A stretch of DNA of 20,000 nucleotides from an uncultured virus (IMG/VR IMGVR_UViG_3300045953_000290) (lineage: Duplodnaviria; Heunggongvirae; Uroviricota; Caudoviricetes): the IMG/VR virus record IMGVR_UViG_3300045953_000290; one strand, written 5' to 3'. The notes under the pieces are model-generated. The model did no database searches. It was not told where the DNA came from and saw only the letters and a program-made list of their open reading frames with translations. Made by a program: the position numbers and the translations under genes. Positions 1 through 6,834 of this stretch are shown one piece after another; position 1 is the first letter of the stretch, and each line of letters starts with the position of its first letter.

Positions 1-277
1 TCGCCTGCTGCCAGGCCGGGACGGGCACGGCGGGCGGCGCCAGGGTGCGCAGAGCGTCGAGGACCTGGTGCAGGCTCGGAGCCTGGCGGCGATCCTGCAG
101 CGACAGCTCGTTCAGGGCGTCAAGGAGGCGGTCAAGGGGGTAGGATTTGAGCTTGCGGTACCACAGCGGGAATTCCCGCCGCGTCAGGGGAGCGTGTGTC
201 CACAGCCCGGGTGGCGTGCCGGGTTTCTCGATGCCGCCATAGTGCTGGAGGAAGAGGTCGAATTCTTCGGGCGTCAT
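1..277 (-). CDS. Probable replicative helicase loader/inhibitor (SPP1 G39P-like), truncated by the window edge
   Basis: Not in the ORF track. ATG at 277 overlaps the initiator stop (ATGA); frame open to base 1: MTPEEFDLFLQHYGG...LWYRKLKSYPLDRLLDALNELSLQDRRQAPSLHQVLDAL. The W..L..YP....AL.......P pattern and the position right after an initiator fit G39P-like loaders. Confidence 0.5.
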   Translation of the reverse strand, partial: MTPEEFDLFLQHYGGIEKPGTPPGLWTHAPLTRREFPLWYRKLKSYPLDRLLDALNELSLQDRRQAPSLHQVLDALRTLAPPAVPVPAWQQA

Positions 278-1065
278 AGCGTTTTCCTCCAGGCGTCATC
301 CTCGTCGAGGATCTGTTTGAGTTCGTCCACGCTTTGGTATGGCTGCGTGGCCATTCTCCCGTTCTGCTGGTGTTGATACGGGGAGGTCAACCAGTTCTGG
401 AAGGCGCTATACCAGTCAAGATACTTATAACCATTGGCCAGCGCTTTACGGACAAAGGCATTCCATTGGGATTCAAGATCGCTATGCATCAGGGCGACGT
501 CTTTGAGCCAGCTCTGGAAGGAAGGCCTCGAGATGATGGCCTGATACCACTCCTGTTGGATGGTTACTTCTTGCGGCATGAGGGTTTTGGTGCGTCGACC
601 AGCCGCCTTGCGCTTACGCGTGTGCGCAGCTTTGGTTTTGGGATCTAACGAGATCTCTGGATCTACGAAAGCATTGGGATCTGGAAGAGGGGTTCCTGGG
701 GAGGAGATCTCGTCTCCATTCCCTGCAAGGAGGCATGGTGCCTGTGGGGCACTCCATGGTGCCTGTGGGGCACTCCATGGTGCCTGTGGGGCACTCCATG
801 GTGCCTGTGGGGCACTGGGCAGCATGAGCTGATAGACACTGCGCTGTTGCGTCTGCTGTTTGGTCAGGAGACCTTCCGCCTTCAACACGAAAAGCGCACG
901 GATGATCGAGCGACGGGAGAGGCTTATCATGGTGGCCATACGGTCAAGCGACACCTGCGCCTGCCCATGTGCATCAGCCTGGCTGGCCAGGCAGGTATAG
1001 ACGGCGATACCGAATGGACCTATACGGGCACCATAAACCTCGATGAGGGAGTCTGGTATGTACAT
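274..1065 (-). CDS. Phage replication initiator (N-terminal winged HTH, C-terminal DnaT-like domain)
   Basis: N-terminus AVYTCLASQAD...SLDRMATMISLSRRSIIRALFVLKAEGLL is a typical initiator HTH; C-terminus has DWYSAFQNW; internal 21-bp tandem repeats; RBS AAGGAGGG upstream. Confidence 0.85.
   Translation of the reverse strand: MYIPDSLIEVYGARIGPFGIAVYTCLASQADAHGQAQVSLDRMATMISLSRRSIIRALFVLKAEGLLTKQQTQQRSVYQLMLPSAPQAPWSAPQAPWSAPQAPWSAPQAPCLLAGNGDEISSPGTPLPDPNAFVDPEISLDPKTKAAHTRKRKAAGRRTKTLMPQEVTIQQEWYQAIISRPSFQSWLKDVALMHSDLESQWNAFVRKALANGYKYLDWYSAFQNWLTSPYQHQQNGRMATQPYQSVDELKQILDEDDAWRKTL
734..816. repeat. Four tandem 21-bp repeats CATGGTGCCTGTGGGGCACTC (probable replication-origin iterons)
   Basis: Units at 734, 755, 776 and 797 (last has 20 matching bases); each contains the inverted repeat GTGCC-N5-GGCAC; encodes (SAPQAPW)n inside the initiator, as in lambda O-type genes. 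Confidence 0.85.
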
Positions 1066-1664
1066 CAGGCACCCTCCTTTGGTTGATCAGGAACATTCCT
1101 GTATCCTTTGCGCTGCTGATGGTATTTTAAGACCTCATGAATATCTTCCGGTTCAACGAATAAGCCCCCTTCTGTCTCTTCATACTCTGCCTCCGCCTCG
1201 TGCCAGTGCGCTTGCAGAATCTTGAAGCCTTTATCAGCAAACCATTGCAGAGCAATCCCGCGCTTGCGAATCGAAGCGCGCATATCGTCTTCAGACCAGT
1301 GCCATGGGAGATATTCAAAGCAAAGCGCGTCAAGAAAAGACGCCAGAGATTTTAAAGCCTGACTGTCCCATGGCCAGCAGAGCTTCTCGTCGATGCTGTA
1401 CCGGATCACTTTGTCCTGGATCGTTTCCATCTCATGACAGTCGCAGCAGAGTGTCACCAGCTCATAGTTTGCAGATTCCCATGGCTCTCTGGCAGGGTGA
1501 TAACACAGGTGATGGACGTTCAGTGTTTTTGTGGTCTCCCCGCACATCTGGCATGCCCACCCATCGCGTTTCATGATCTCCAGCCTTTTCCTCTGCCACC
1601 TGGGATCTTTGAGCTTCTCCAGGTACTTCTCCCGCCGACTTCGCGCTTGTCCATTGTCACTCAC
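1065..1664 (-). CDS. HNH endonuclease
   Basis: YLEKLKDPRWQRKRLEIMKRDGWACQMCG...LNVHH...LVTLCCDCH motif. Start re-assigned to GTG 1664 behind RBS AGGAGG; stop overlaps the initiator start (TGATG). Confidence 0.85.
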   Translation of the reverse strand: MSDNGQARSRREKYLEKLKDPRWQRKRLEIMKRDGWACQMCGETTKTLNVHHLCYHPAREPWESANYELVTLCCDCHEMETIQDKVIRYSIDEKLCWPWDSQALKSLASFLDALCFEYLPWHWSEDDMRASIRKRGIALQWFADKGFKILQAHWHEAEAEYEETEGGLFVEPEDIHEVLKYHQQRKGYRNVPDQPKEGA

Positions 1665-1753
1665 TTTGCTATCCTCCTGCTGCACCGGCGCCACCTTCTT
1701 GCCGCCGGCGTGTCTTTCCGCAAGTATTGGTCCGTCTCTGTCGCCCCGGGGGG

Positions 1754-1996
1754 TTATCCCTTCCCCTCGGGGCGGTGCGGCGCCTGCCGCTCCTCGCGCA
1801 CCAATTCCTCCATCGCCACCCCCAGCACCTGGGCCAGTTTCGCCAGCGTCTGCGGGTAGACGTACAGCCGCTTGCCGCACTCCAGCGCGCTGACGTACTG
1901 CTGCGCCCAGTCCATGGACGCACCCAGCTCGCGTTGGGTGAGCTGCAGCCGGTGGCGCAGCCGGCGCACCAGCGACCCATCAAGCACCGTGCGCAT
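1754..1996 (-). CDS. XRE-family HTH regulator
   Basis: VRRLRHRLQLTQRELGASMDWAQQYVSALECG...LAKLAQVLGVAMEELV; ATG 1996 after GAGGG. Confidence 0.88.
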   Translation of the reverse strand: MRTVLDGSLVRRLRHRLQLTQRELGASMDWAQQYVSALECGKRLYVYPQTLAKLAQVLGVAMEELVREERQAPHRPEGKG

Positions 1997-2042
1997 GCGT
2001 CCCTCGCTTGACAATCAGTTGGTTGTGCACCCGGTACTCCCT

Positions 2043-2309
2043 TCAGGGCCCCAGCCCCTTCCCCTCCACCACCCGCAGCGGTGGGACGTCGGACGTCGTG
2101 CGGCGGCGGCGGGAGGCGTCCCAGGCGAGCACATCCCCGCCGTGATAGCGCACCAGCTCGCCGTACTTGCGAAACGGCGGCCCGCCGCCCCGGTGGCGCC
2201 AGCTTTGCAGCGTGCGCACCGCGACCCGCAGGTAGGCCGCGATCTCGCTCGGGAGGTAGATCAGGTTGGGGTCGAGAGGTCCTGGGGGTGCCTGCGGCTC
2301 AGGCATCAT
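2043..2309 (-). CDS. Excisionase/AlpA-like HTH DNA-binding protein
   Basis: YLPSEIAAYLRVAVRTLQSWRHRGGGPPFRKYGELVRY is a MerR-like/HTH_17 signature; ATG 2309 after GAGGAGGAG. Confidence 0.85.
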   Translation of the reverse strand: MMPEPQAPPGPLDPNLIYLPSEIAAYLRVAVRTLQSWRHRGGGPPFRKYGELVRYHGGDVLAWDASRRRRTTSDVPPLRVVEGKGLGP

Positions 2310-2508
2310 CCGCACGCTCCTCCTCGTCATACAAGGCCTCGACCGAGACCTCGAGGGCCTTCGCCAGGTCATAGAGCACGAGACTGGAGACCCCGACCGT
2401 GCCAGCCTCATACTCCGCAATCAGGGAGCGGGATTTGCCGAGTTTGTCTGCCAGCACTTGTTGTGTCATCCCACGCGACTTGCGCCACTGTTTGATTGCG
2501 AGCTTCAT
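2299..2508 (-). CDS. Cro-like XRE regulator
   Basis: 69 aa, IKQWRKSRGMTQQVLADKLGKSRSLIAEYEAG; ATG 2508 after GGAGG; first gene of the leftward operon, divergent from the repressor. Confidence 0.85.
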   Translation of the reverse strand: MKLAIKQWRKSRGMTQQVLADKLGKSRSLIAEYEAGTVGVSSLVLYDLAKALEVSVEALYDEEERADDA

Positions 2509-2522
2509 GGAGTCCTCCGTGC

Positions 2523-2655
2523 GTCGGTAATGCCGACATTCTAGCATATATGTCGCTCATGGCAACCTTTTTTCTTCATTTCCCAGCGTGAGGCTGCCTC
2601 CTCTTGAGGTATAATGTCGATAACATCGACATATAGGGTAGTCGGGAAAGGCGAC
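2523..2655. promoter_or_regulatory. Lysis/lysogeny switch: four GTCG-N7-CGAC operators and divergent promoters
   Basis: Operators at 2523-2537, 2552-2566 (GTCG-N7-CAAC), 2616-2630, 2641-2655. Leftward promoter TTGCCA(2565-2560)-16-TAGAAT(2543-2538) with extended TG; rightward TATAAT at 2610-2615. Confidence 0.8.
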
Positions 2656-2658
2656 ACA

Positions 2659-3027
2659 ATGAGTACAGCTATGATGGTGAATAGCGAGCTTGTAGGACAG
2701 GTGTTTGGGAAATCGGTGCGGCACGTGCGCAAATCCCAAGGCATGAAACAGGAAGTGCTCGCTGAGGCCGTTGGCTATTCCCGCACGCGCCTGAGTGAGA
2801 TTGAAAATGGCGATTTACCCACGTTCGATAAAGCCATCAGTATCGCCAACGAGCTTGGGGTCCCCCTGGATCGCTTACTGTATCCCCTGCTCAGCACGCC
2901 GGCGATGGAGACGACGCCACACTTCCTGCACCAGCTGATACAGTTGCCGTCCCAGGAGCAACGGCGCATTGTGGAGCTGTTTCAGGTGCTCCTGGAGGAG
3001 ATCAAGCTGGTGGTCGTCTCGGCCTAG
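2659..3027 (+). CDS. CI-like XRE repressor without a peptidase S24 domain
   Basis: FGKSVRHVRKSQGMKQEVLAEAVGYSRTRLSEIENG...IANELGVPLDRLL followed by a short helical C-terminus; divergent from cro-like gene. Exact start uncertain (2614, 2659 or the nearby ATGATG). Confidence 0.8.
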   Translation: MSTAMMVNSELVGQVFGKSVRHVRKSQGMKQEVLAEAVGYSRTRLSEIENGDLPTFDKAISIANELGVPLDRLLYPLLSTPAMETTPHFLHQLIQLPSQEQRRIVELFQVLLEEIKLVVVSA

Positions 3028-3030
3028 AGA

Positions 3031-3279
3031 GCTGCTTCCCCCTCGCTTCCCCGCTCCTGCCTCCTGCGGGATCCTCCCCGGTCGTGCTGGCCATCAGGCT
3101 TCCCTTGCGCTGAGAAAACATCGTTCCATGTGCTCCATCCTGCATGACTCTCCACCGCGCCACGAGACGCTACACGGCGCTATGACTGGTGTTGCACGAC
3201 GTAACACCGGGAGGCATGACGACATCCATGACGCTGTAAAACGCTCCGTGACTATTTCGCTGCTTCCCCCCTGCTTCCC
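3031..3279. other. Putative attP region with paired arm-type repeats
   Basis: GCTGCTTCCCCCTCGCTTCCC (3031-3051) and GCTGCTTCCCCCCTGCTTCCC (3259-3279) match at 19/21; each holds two GCTTCCC at 11-bp period; fifth GCTTCCC at 3098-3104; non-coding and adjacent to the integrase. Confidence 0.6.
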
Positions 3280-3293
3280 AAGGAGGATAGGCC

Positions 3294-4490
3294 ATGCCAC
3301 GACTCACCAAAGCACTCCTCGATGGGCTCACCCCAGGCGCGAAAGATGCCACCGTCTGGGATAGCTTGCTTCCCGGCTTCGGCGTTCGCTTGCGTCCAGG
3401 CAGTCCGCACAAAACGTTTTACGTCCAGTACCGCCTCACCCCCGGCCAGCAACGCCGCCGCAAGCTGGGCGCCTATGGCGTCCTCACGGTCGAGGAAGCC
3501 CGCACGCAGGCGCGCCTCTGGCTTGCCCAGGTGGCGCAGGGGATTGATCCCGTGATGGTGGCCTCTGCCCGCCATACCATGGCGGATCTGGCGGCGCGCT
3601 TTGTCGTCGAGTATAGCCAGCGGCATACCAAACCCACTACGCAACGGGGGACCCGCAGTCTCCTGCGGCTCCATATCCTTCCCGTCCTGGGGGCGCACCG
3701 CGTGCAGGAGGTGACGCACGCCGAGGTGCTGGCGCTCCACGCCGCCCTGCACGCGACGCCCTATCAAGCCAACCGCATGCTCGCCCTGCTGTCGCGCATG
3801 TTTCGGCTCGCGGAACGCTGGGGGTGGCGGACCCTGGGCAGCAATCCGGCCCGGGGCCTCCAGACCTATCGCGAGCACGCCCGCGAGCGCTATCTCACCC
3901 CAGAAGAATGTGGGATCCTCTGGAAGGCGCTGGCGCAGGCTGACCAGGCGCGCGCGCAGCATTGGCGCTTTACGGCGGGGATACGGCTTCTCCTCCTTAC
4001 CGGCGCCCGGACAGGGGAAATGCTGGGCTTGCAATGGCGGTGGATCGATTGGCAGCACGGGCAGGCACGGTTGCCGGAGTCGAAGACCGGTCCCAAATCG
4101 CTCTATTTTGCGCCGGAGGCGCTGGACGTCCTCCGACACCTCCCCAGGGTGCTCGACAATCCCTACGTCCTGCCAGGCGCCAGAACGGGGCGGCCCTACA
4201 CCGGGTTGCGCAATACCTGGGAGCATTTCCGGCGGACAGTGGGCTTAGACGATGTGCGGCTGCATGATCTGCGGCACACGTATGCCGCCTATGCGGCGGG
4301 CGCCGGTGTGACCCTGCCGCAGATTGGCGCGCTCCTGGGGCATAAACACCCGCAAGCCACGGCCCGCTACGCACACATTGCGCCCGCCGTGGCCCACGCC
4401 GCCGCGGCGCAAACTGGCGCGGCGCTGGCGCGGGTGCTGCGGGGGGAGAGGGAGGCGGCGGCACCGGGGGATGCCGCCGGCGGGGGTTAG
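3294..4490 (+). CDS. int: Tyrosine integrase with N-terminal arm-binding domain
   Basis: N-terminus RLTKALLD...WDSLLPGFGVRL...KTFYVQYR...LGAYGVLTVEEAR; catalytic motifs TGAR, SKTG, HDLRH, LGH, RY; RBS AAGGAGG. Confidence 0.97.
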   Translation: MPRLTKALLDGLTPGAKDATVWDSLLPGFGVRLRPGSPHKTFYVQYRLTPGQQRRRKLGAYGVLTVEEARTQARLWLAQVAQGIDPVMVASARHTMADLAARFVVEYSQRHTKPTTQRGTRSLLRLHILPVLGAHRVQEVTHAEVLALHAALHATPYQANRMLALLSRMFRLAERWGWRTLGSNPARGLQTYREHARERYLTPEECGILWKALAQADQARAQHWRFTAGIRLLLLTGARTGEMLGLQWRWIDWQHGQARLPESKTGPKSLYFAPEALDVLRHLPRVLDNPYVLPGARTGRPYTGLRNTWEHFRRTVGLDDVRLHDLRHTYAAYAAGAGVTLPQIGALLGHKHPQATARYAHIAPAVAHAAAAQTGAALARVLRGEREAAAPGDAAGGG

Positions 4491-4524
4491 CGTCCGTGCG
4501 TACAGCGCCAGCGCCAGCGCAGCC

Positions 4525-4716
4525 CTAAGACCCCTTGCACTCTTTTATATGGCCGCGGATACACAAATCCCAGAGGAGATGCATGACCGCGGTCATGCCG
4601 CCAAACAGCAGGCCGGCGTACAGCCCGGCATGGCCAAGCATAAAGAGGCCCGTACCGATCAGGATATAGGTGCACGGGTGCACCCTGGGATGATGGGGAC
4701 ACCGGGGTTTCAGCAT
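4525..4716 (-). CDS. Small hydrophobic (membrane) protein, unknown function
   Basis: RBS AAAGGAG; 63 aa with long Gly/hydrophobic stretch; last gene of the leftward operon. Confidence 0.6.
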   Translation of the reverse strand: MLKPRCPHHPRVHPCTYILIGTGLFMLGHAGLYAGLLFGGMTAVMHLLWDLCIRGHIKECKGS

Positions 4717-4727
4717 GCGTTGCTCCT

Positions 4728-4931
4728 TTACGCGCCCGCCAAGCGGCGCACCAGATCCTGTGTGTTGGTGATATCAATCCCCTGCTGGCGCAGCTGCAAA
4801 AAGATCGCCGCCTGCAGGCCATGGATGATGCGGATCTCTCTGATGACGTACGCCAGACATCCCCCAGTCCACGCCAGCGAGGCGATGGATAAGGCGGCAA
4901 TGCTTCCCGTAATCAGATCATGATCGGACAT
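4728..4931 (-). CDS. Small single-pass membrane protein, unknown function
   Basis: GAGGAG 6 nt before ATG 4931; hydrophobic N-terminal helix then amphipathic tail. Confidence 0.65.
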   Translation of the reverse strand: MSDHDLITGSIAALSIASLAWTGGCLAYVIREIRIIHGLQAAIFLQLRQQGIDITNTQDLVRRLAGA

Positions 4932-5127
4932 CGTCATCTCCTCGCTGGCGTGCCCCGTGGTACGCCTGCTTGCGCGCCTCTTTACAGGCGGTGCAGCACT
5001 TGCGCGCGGGGAAGCCCCGCGTGTGCCAGCCGAGGAGGGCCACGGTCGGCCGCTCCTCGGCCAGATACTGGATCGCCCACTCGGCGGGGGCTGCCCGGCA
5101 ATCCTGGCAGCGGGGGAGGCGTTGCAT
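4918..5127 (-). CDS. Small Cys4 zinc-finger-like protein
   Basis: CQDC...CTAC; GAGGAG 6 nt before ATG 5127; overlaps neighbours in operon fashion. Confidence 0.6.
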   Translation of the reverse strand: MQRLPRCQDCRAAPAEWAIQYLAEERPTVALLGWHTRGFPARKCCTACKEARKQAYHGARQRGDDDVRS

Positions 5128-5129
5128 CG

Positions 5130-5396
5130 TCATCTCCTCTCTGGGGGCGCGTGGCCCCGCTCGTGTGAGGCGTCGGGTTGCTCCAGCGCCGCGACAATCT
5201 GTTGGACGACGGCCTCGTGGCCGCCCAGGGCATCCAGCATGGCAAAAAAGGCGCGCTGCGACAGGGCGCTATGCGCCTCCTGGAGCGCTGCACGCGCCAC
5301 AGCGCGCGCCGCACTGGCACGCTCTATGCCCTGGACATACGCCAGGTTGGCGCGGGCGGTCGTGATGGCCTGCTGCAGAAATCGGGTCGTGTCCAT
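5130..5396 (-). CDS. Hypothetical helical protein (88 aa)
   Basis: ATG 5396 after GAGGAG; Ala-rich helical sequence MDTTRFLQQAITTARANL... Confidence 0.6.
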   Translation of the reverse strand: MDTTRFLQQAITTARANLAYVQGIERASAARAVARAALQEAHSALSQRAFFAMLDALGGHEAVVQQIVAALEQPDASHERGHAPPERR

Positions 5397-5437
5397 CGTT
5401 GCTCTCCTCTGCGGGGCCCTCCGGCCCCCGTCGGTGG

Positions 5438-5809
5438 TTACGCGCCAGCCTTGCGGCGTTTGCCGCGGCACCAGCCCTCGCCGGGCACCTGATGTGACCA
5501 CCAGGAGCCCCGATCGTTCGACTGCTTCGACATCGCCTTCTGATGGATCGGGCACCAATCCTCGCGCTCCTCCAGCGGTGGCGCCGGCACCGGCTGCGGC
5601 TTCGGCAGCTTCGCCTGCAGGCGCCTGATATAGTCCAGCACGCGCGGCAGGCGGCTGGCGACGTCGCTATCGTCGCCGCGGAGCGTCCAGGACAGGCTCA
5701 CACCGTCCACGTCCAGGCGCAGACACAGCGTCGAGAGCGGATACTCGCTCGCTGGCATGGCCGGCGCCGGCTGGGGGGGGGTCTCGGTGGTCAGGGTGAC
5801 ATCGGTCAT
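5438..5809 (-). CDS. Hypothetical protein with C-terminal Cys/His metal-binding motif
   Basis: WCPIH...WWSH...WC motif after a Pro-rich linker; RBS GAGGAG; ATGA overlap with upstream gene. Confidence 0.7.
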   Translation of the reverse strand: MTDVTLTTETPPQPAPAMPASEYPLSTLCLRLDVDGVSLSWTLRGDDSDVASRLPRVLDYIRRLQAKLPKPQPVPAPPLEEREDWCPIHQKAMSKQSNDRGSWWSHQVPGEGWCRGKRRKAGA

Positions 5810-5973
5810 GGGTGGTCATCTCCTCGCAGGATGCGCGCGATGCTCTCATGCGTGGCGCGGACTTCTCGCAAGAGGATCCAGAACCCCACGAAGGGGCTCA
5901 GGATCCCCACCACGGCCAGGCCGAGGCTCAGGGCCTCCAGCCGTACGATCAACAGTGCCAGGTGTGGATCCAT
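5806..5973 (-). CDS. Small single-pass membrane protein (55 aa)
   Basis: ATG 5973 after AAAGGAGGG; LSLGLAVVGILSPFVGFWILL hydrophobic helix. Confidence 0.65.
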   Translation of the reverse strand: MDPHLALLIVRLEALSLGLAVVGILSPFVGFWILLREVRATHESIARILRGDDHP

Positions 5974-5984
5974 CCGTCCCTCCT

Positions 5985-6578
5985 TTAGCCCTGCAGCCAG
6001 CGTTCCCACCGGCTGACCTCGCCATACCAGGCCGTTTCGTGGCACGGGCGCTTGTCCCACAGCTCCAGGCTCAGGCTGTCCGTGTACCAGCCGGGGCGCT
6101 CCATGCGGGGCTCGAACCAGTACGAGCCATCGGCCTGCGGAAACGCCCAGCCGCCGACCCCGTAGGCCCACTCCTCCAGACTGACCGCCGGATAGCACAC
6201 CTCGCCCACCGGCGCCGGCACGTAGCCCTTGAGCGTCAGATTGACATGGGCCATGGCGGTGAGCACCGCCGCCAGGTAGTGTTTGCAGCCGCGCACTCCA
6301 GGGCGGGCGTCCGGCATCTGCTCGGCTCGCCGTCTGGCGTCGTAACAGTCACAGCCGGCGCGGGTGACCCGGTACACCACCTCGGGATCGCGCTCACTGG
6401 TGATGTGCGCCAGCGTCGGGCTCTCCAGGCTGACCGCGCCGTTCAAGGCCAGCACCAACCCGCGATCCGCCCGCTTGGCATCGGCGGTGGCGGGGAGCTG
6501 CGTGCGGGCGTCGCGCAGGGCGGCGTCGAAGGCCAGGGTGTGGTCAGCGGTGAAATGTGTTACAGTCTGCATCGTCAT
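5985..6578 (-). CDS. SWIM zinc-finger protein
   Basis: YRV...GCDCYD...GCKHYLA equals the SWIM CxC...CxH pattern; RBS AGGAG; Trp-rich C-terminal domain. Confidence 0.75.
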   Translation of the reverse strand: MTMQTVTHFTADHTLAFDAALRDARTQLPATADAKRADRGLVLALNGAVSLESPTLAHITSERDPEVVYRVTRAGCDCYDARRRAEQMPDARPGVRGCKHYLAAVLTAMAHVNLTLKGYVPAPVGEVCYPAVSLEEWAYGVGGWAFPQADGSYWFEPRMERPGWYTDSLSLELWDKRPCHETAWYGEVSRWERWLQG

Positions 6579-6609
6579 TACTCCTACCCACTAGTGGGGT
6601 GTGACAGAT

Positions 6610-6647
6610 GCCCTACCGAGATACTTTGGACGGTCCCTCGGTAGGGC
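6610..6647. promoter_or_regulatory. Intergenic 11-bp stem-loop
   Basis: GCCCTACCGAG-16 nt-CTCGGTAGGGC perfect inverted repeat; no U-tract. Confidence 0.55.
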
Positions 6648-6657
6648 GTTGCTGCGT

Positions 6658-6834
6658 CTAGTGGCCGTTGCCACGCTCCAACATATCCTTGATGGCCTGG
6701 AGCGTGATCTCCAGGCGCTCGATCGCCGTCACCAGCCGGTCATTGAGCTGCGCTTGCTGCTCGTTGATCGCCTGCTGCCGGACGGCAAAGCCGCCCAGCG
6801 CCTGCAACAGCTGCTCCATCTCGTCCTGCGTCAT
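6658..6834 (-). CDS. Small coiled-coil protein (58 aa)
   Basis: ATG 6834 after GAGAGAGGA; MTQDEMEQLLQAL...QQAINEQQAQLNDRLVTAIERLEITLQAIKDML heptad pattern. Confidence 0.7.
   Translation of the reverse strand: MTQDEMEQLLQALGGFAVRQQAINEQQAQLNDRLVTAIERLEITLQAIKDMLERGNGH

Noticed and set aside
734..816. 21-bp repeats as a CRISPR array
   Set aside because: Repeats are directly tandem with no spacers, lie in frame inside a gene, and no cas genes are present.
1665..1880. N-terminal extension of the HNH ORF in the track (271 aa)
   Set aside because: Overlaps the XRE gene in another frame; a strong RBS supports GTG 1664.
2595..2611. TGCCTC-N5-GAGGTA as a copy of the second operator in the cI promoter
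   Set aside because: Spacing is 5 rather than 4 and one half-site mismatches; too weak to claim cross-regulation.
2960..3027. attP inside the repressor gene (integration-dependent immunity as in mycobacteriophage BPs)
   Set aside because: Both arm-like repeat pairs lie downstream of the repressor stop, so the core should be intergenic.
3252..4226. 324-aa minus-strand ORF opposite the integrase
   Set aside because: Shadow ORF typical of high-GC coding DNA; no motifs or RBS.
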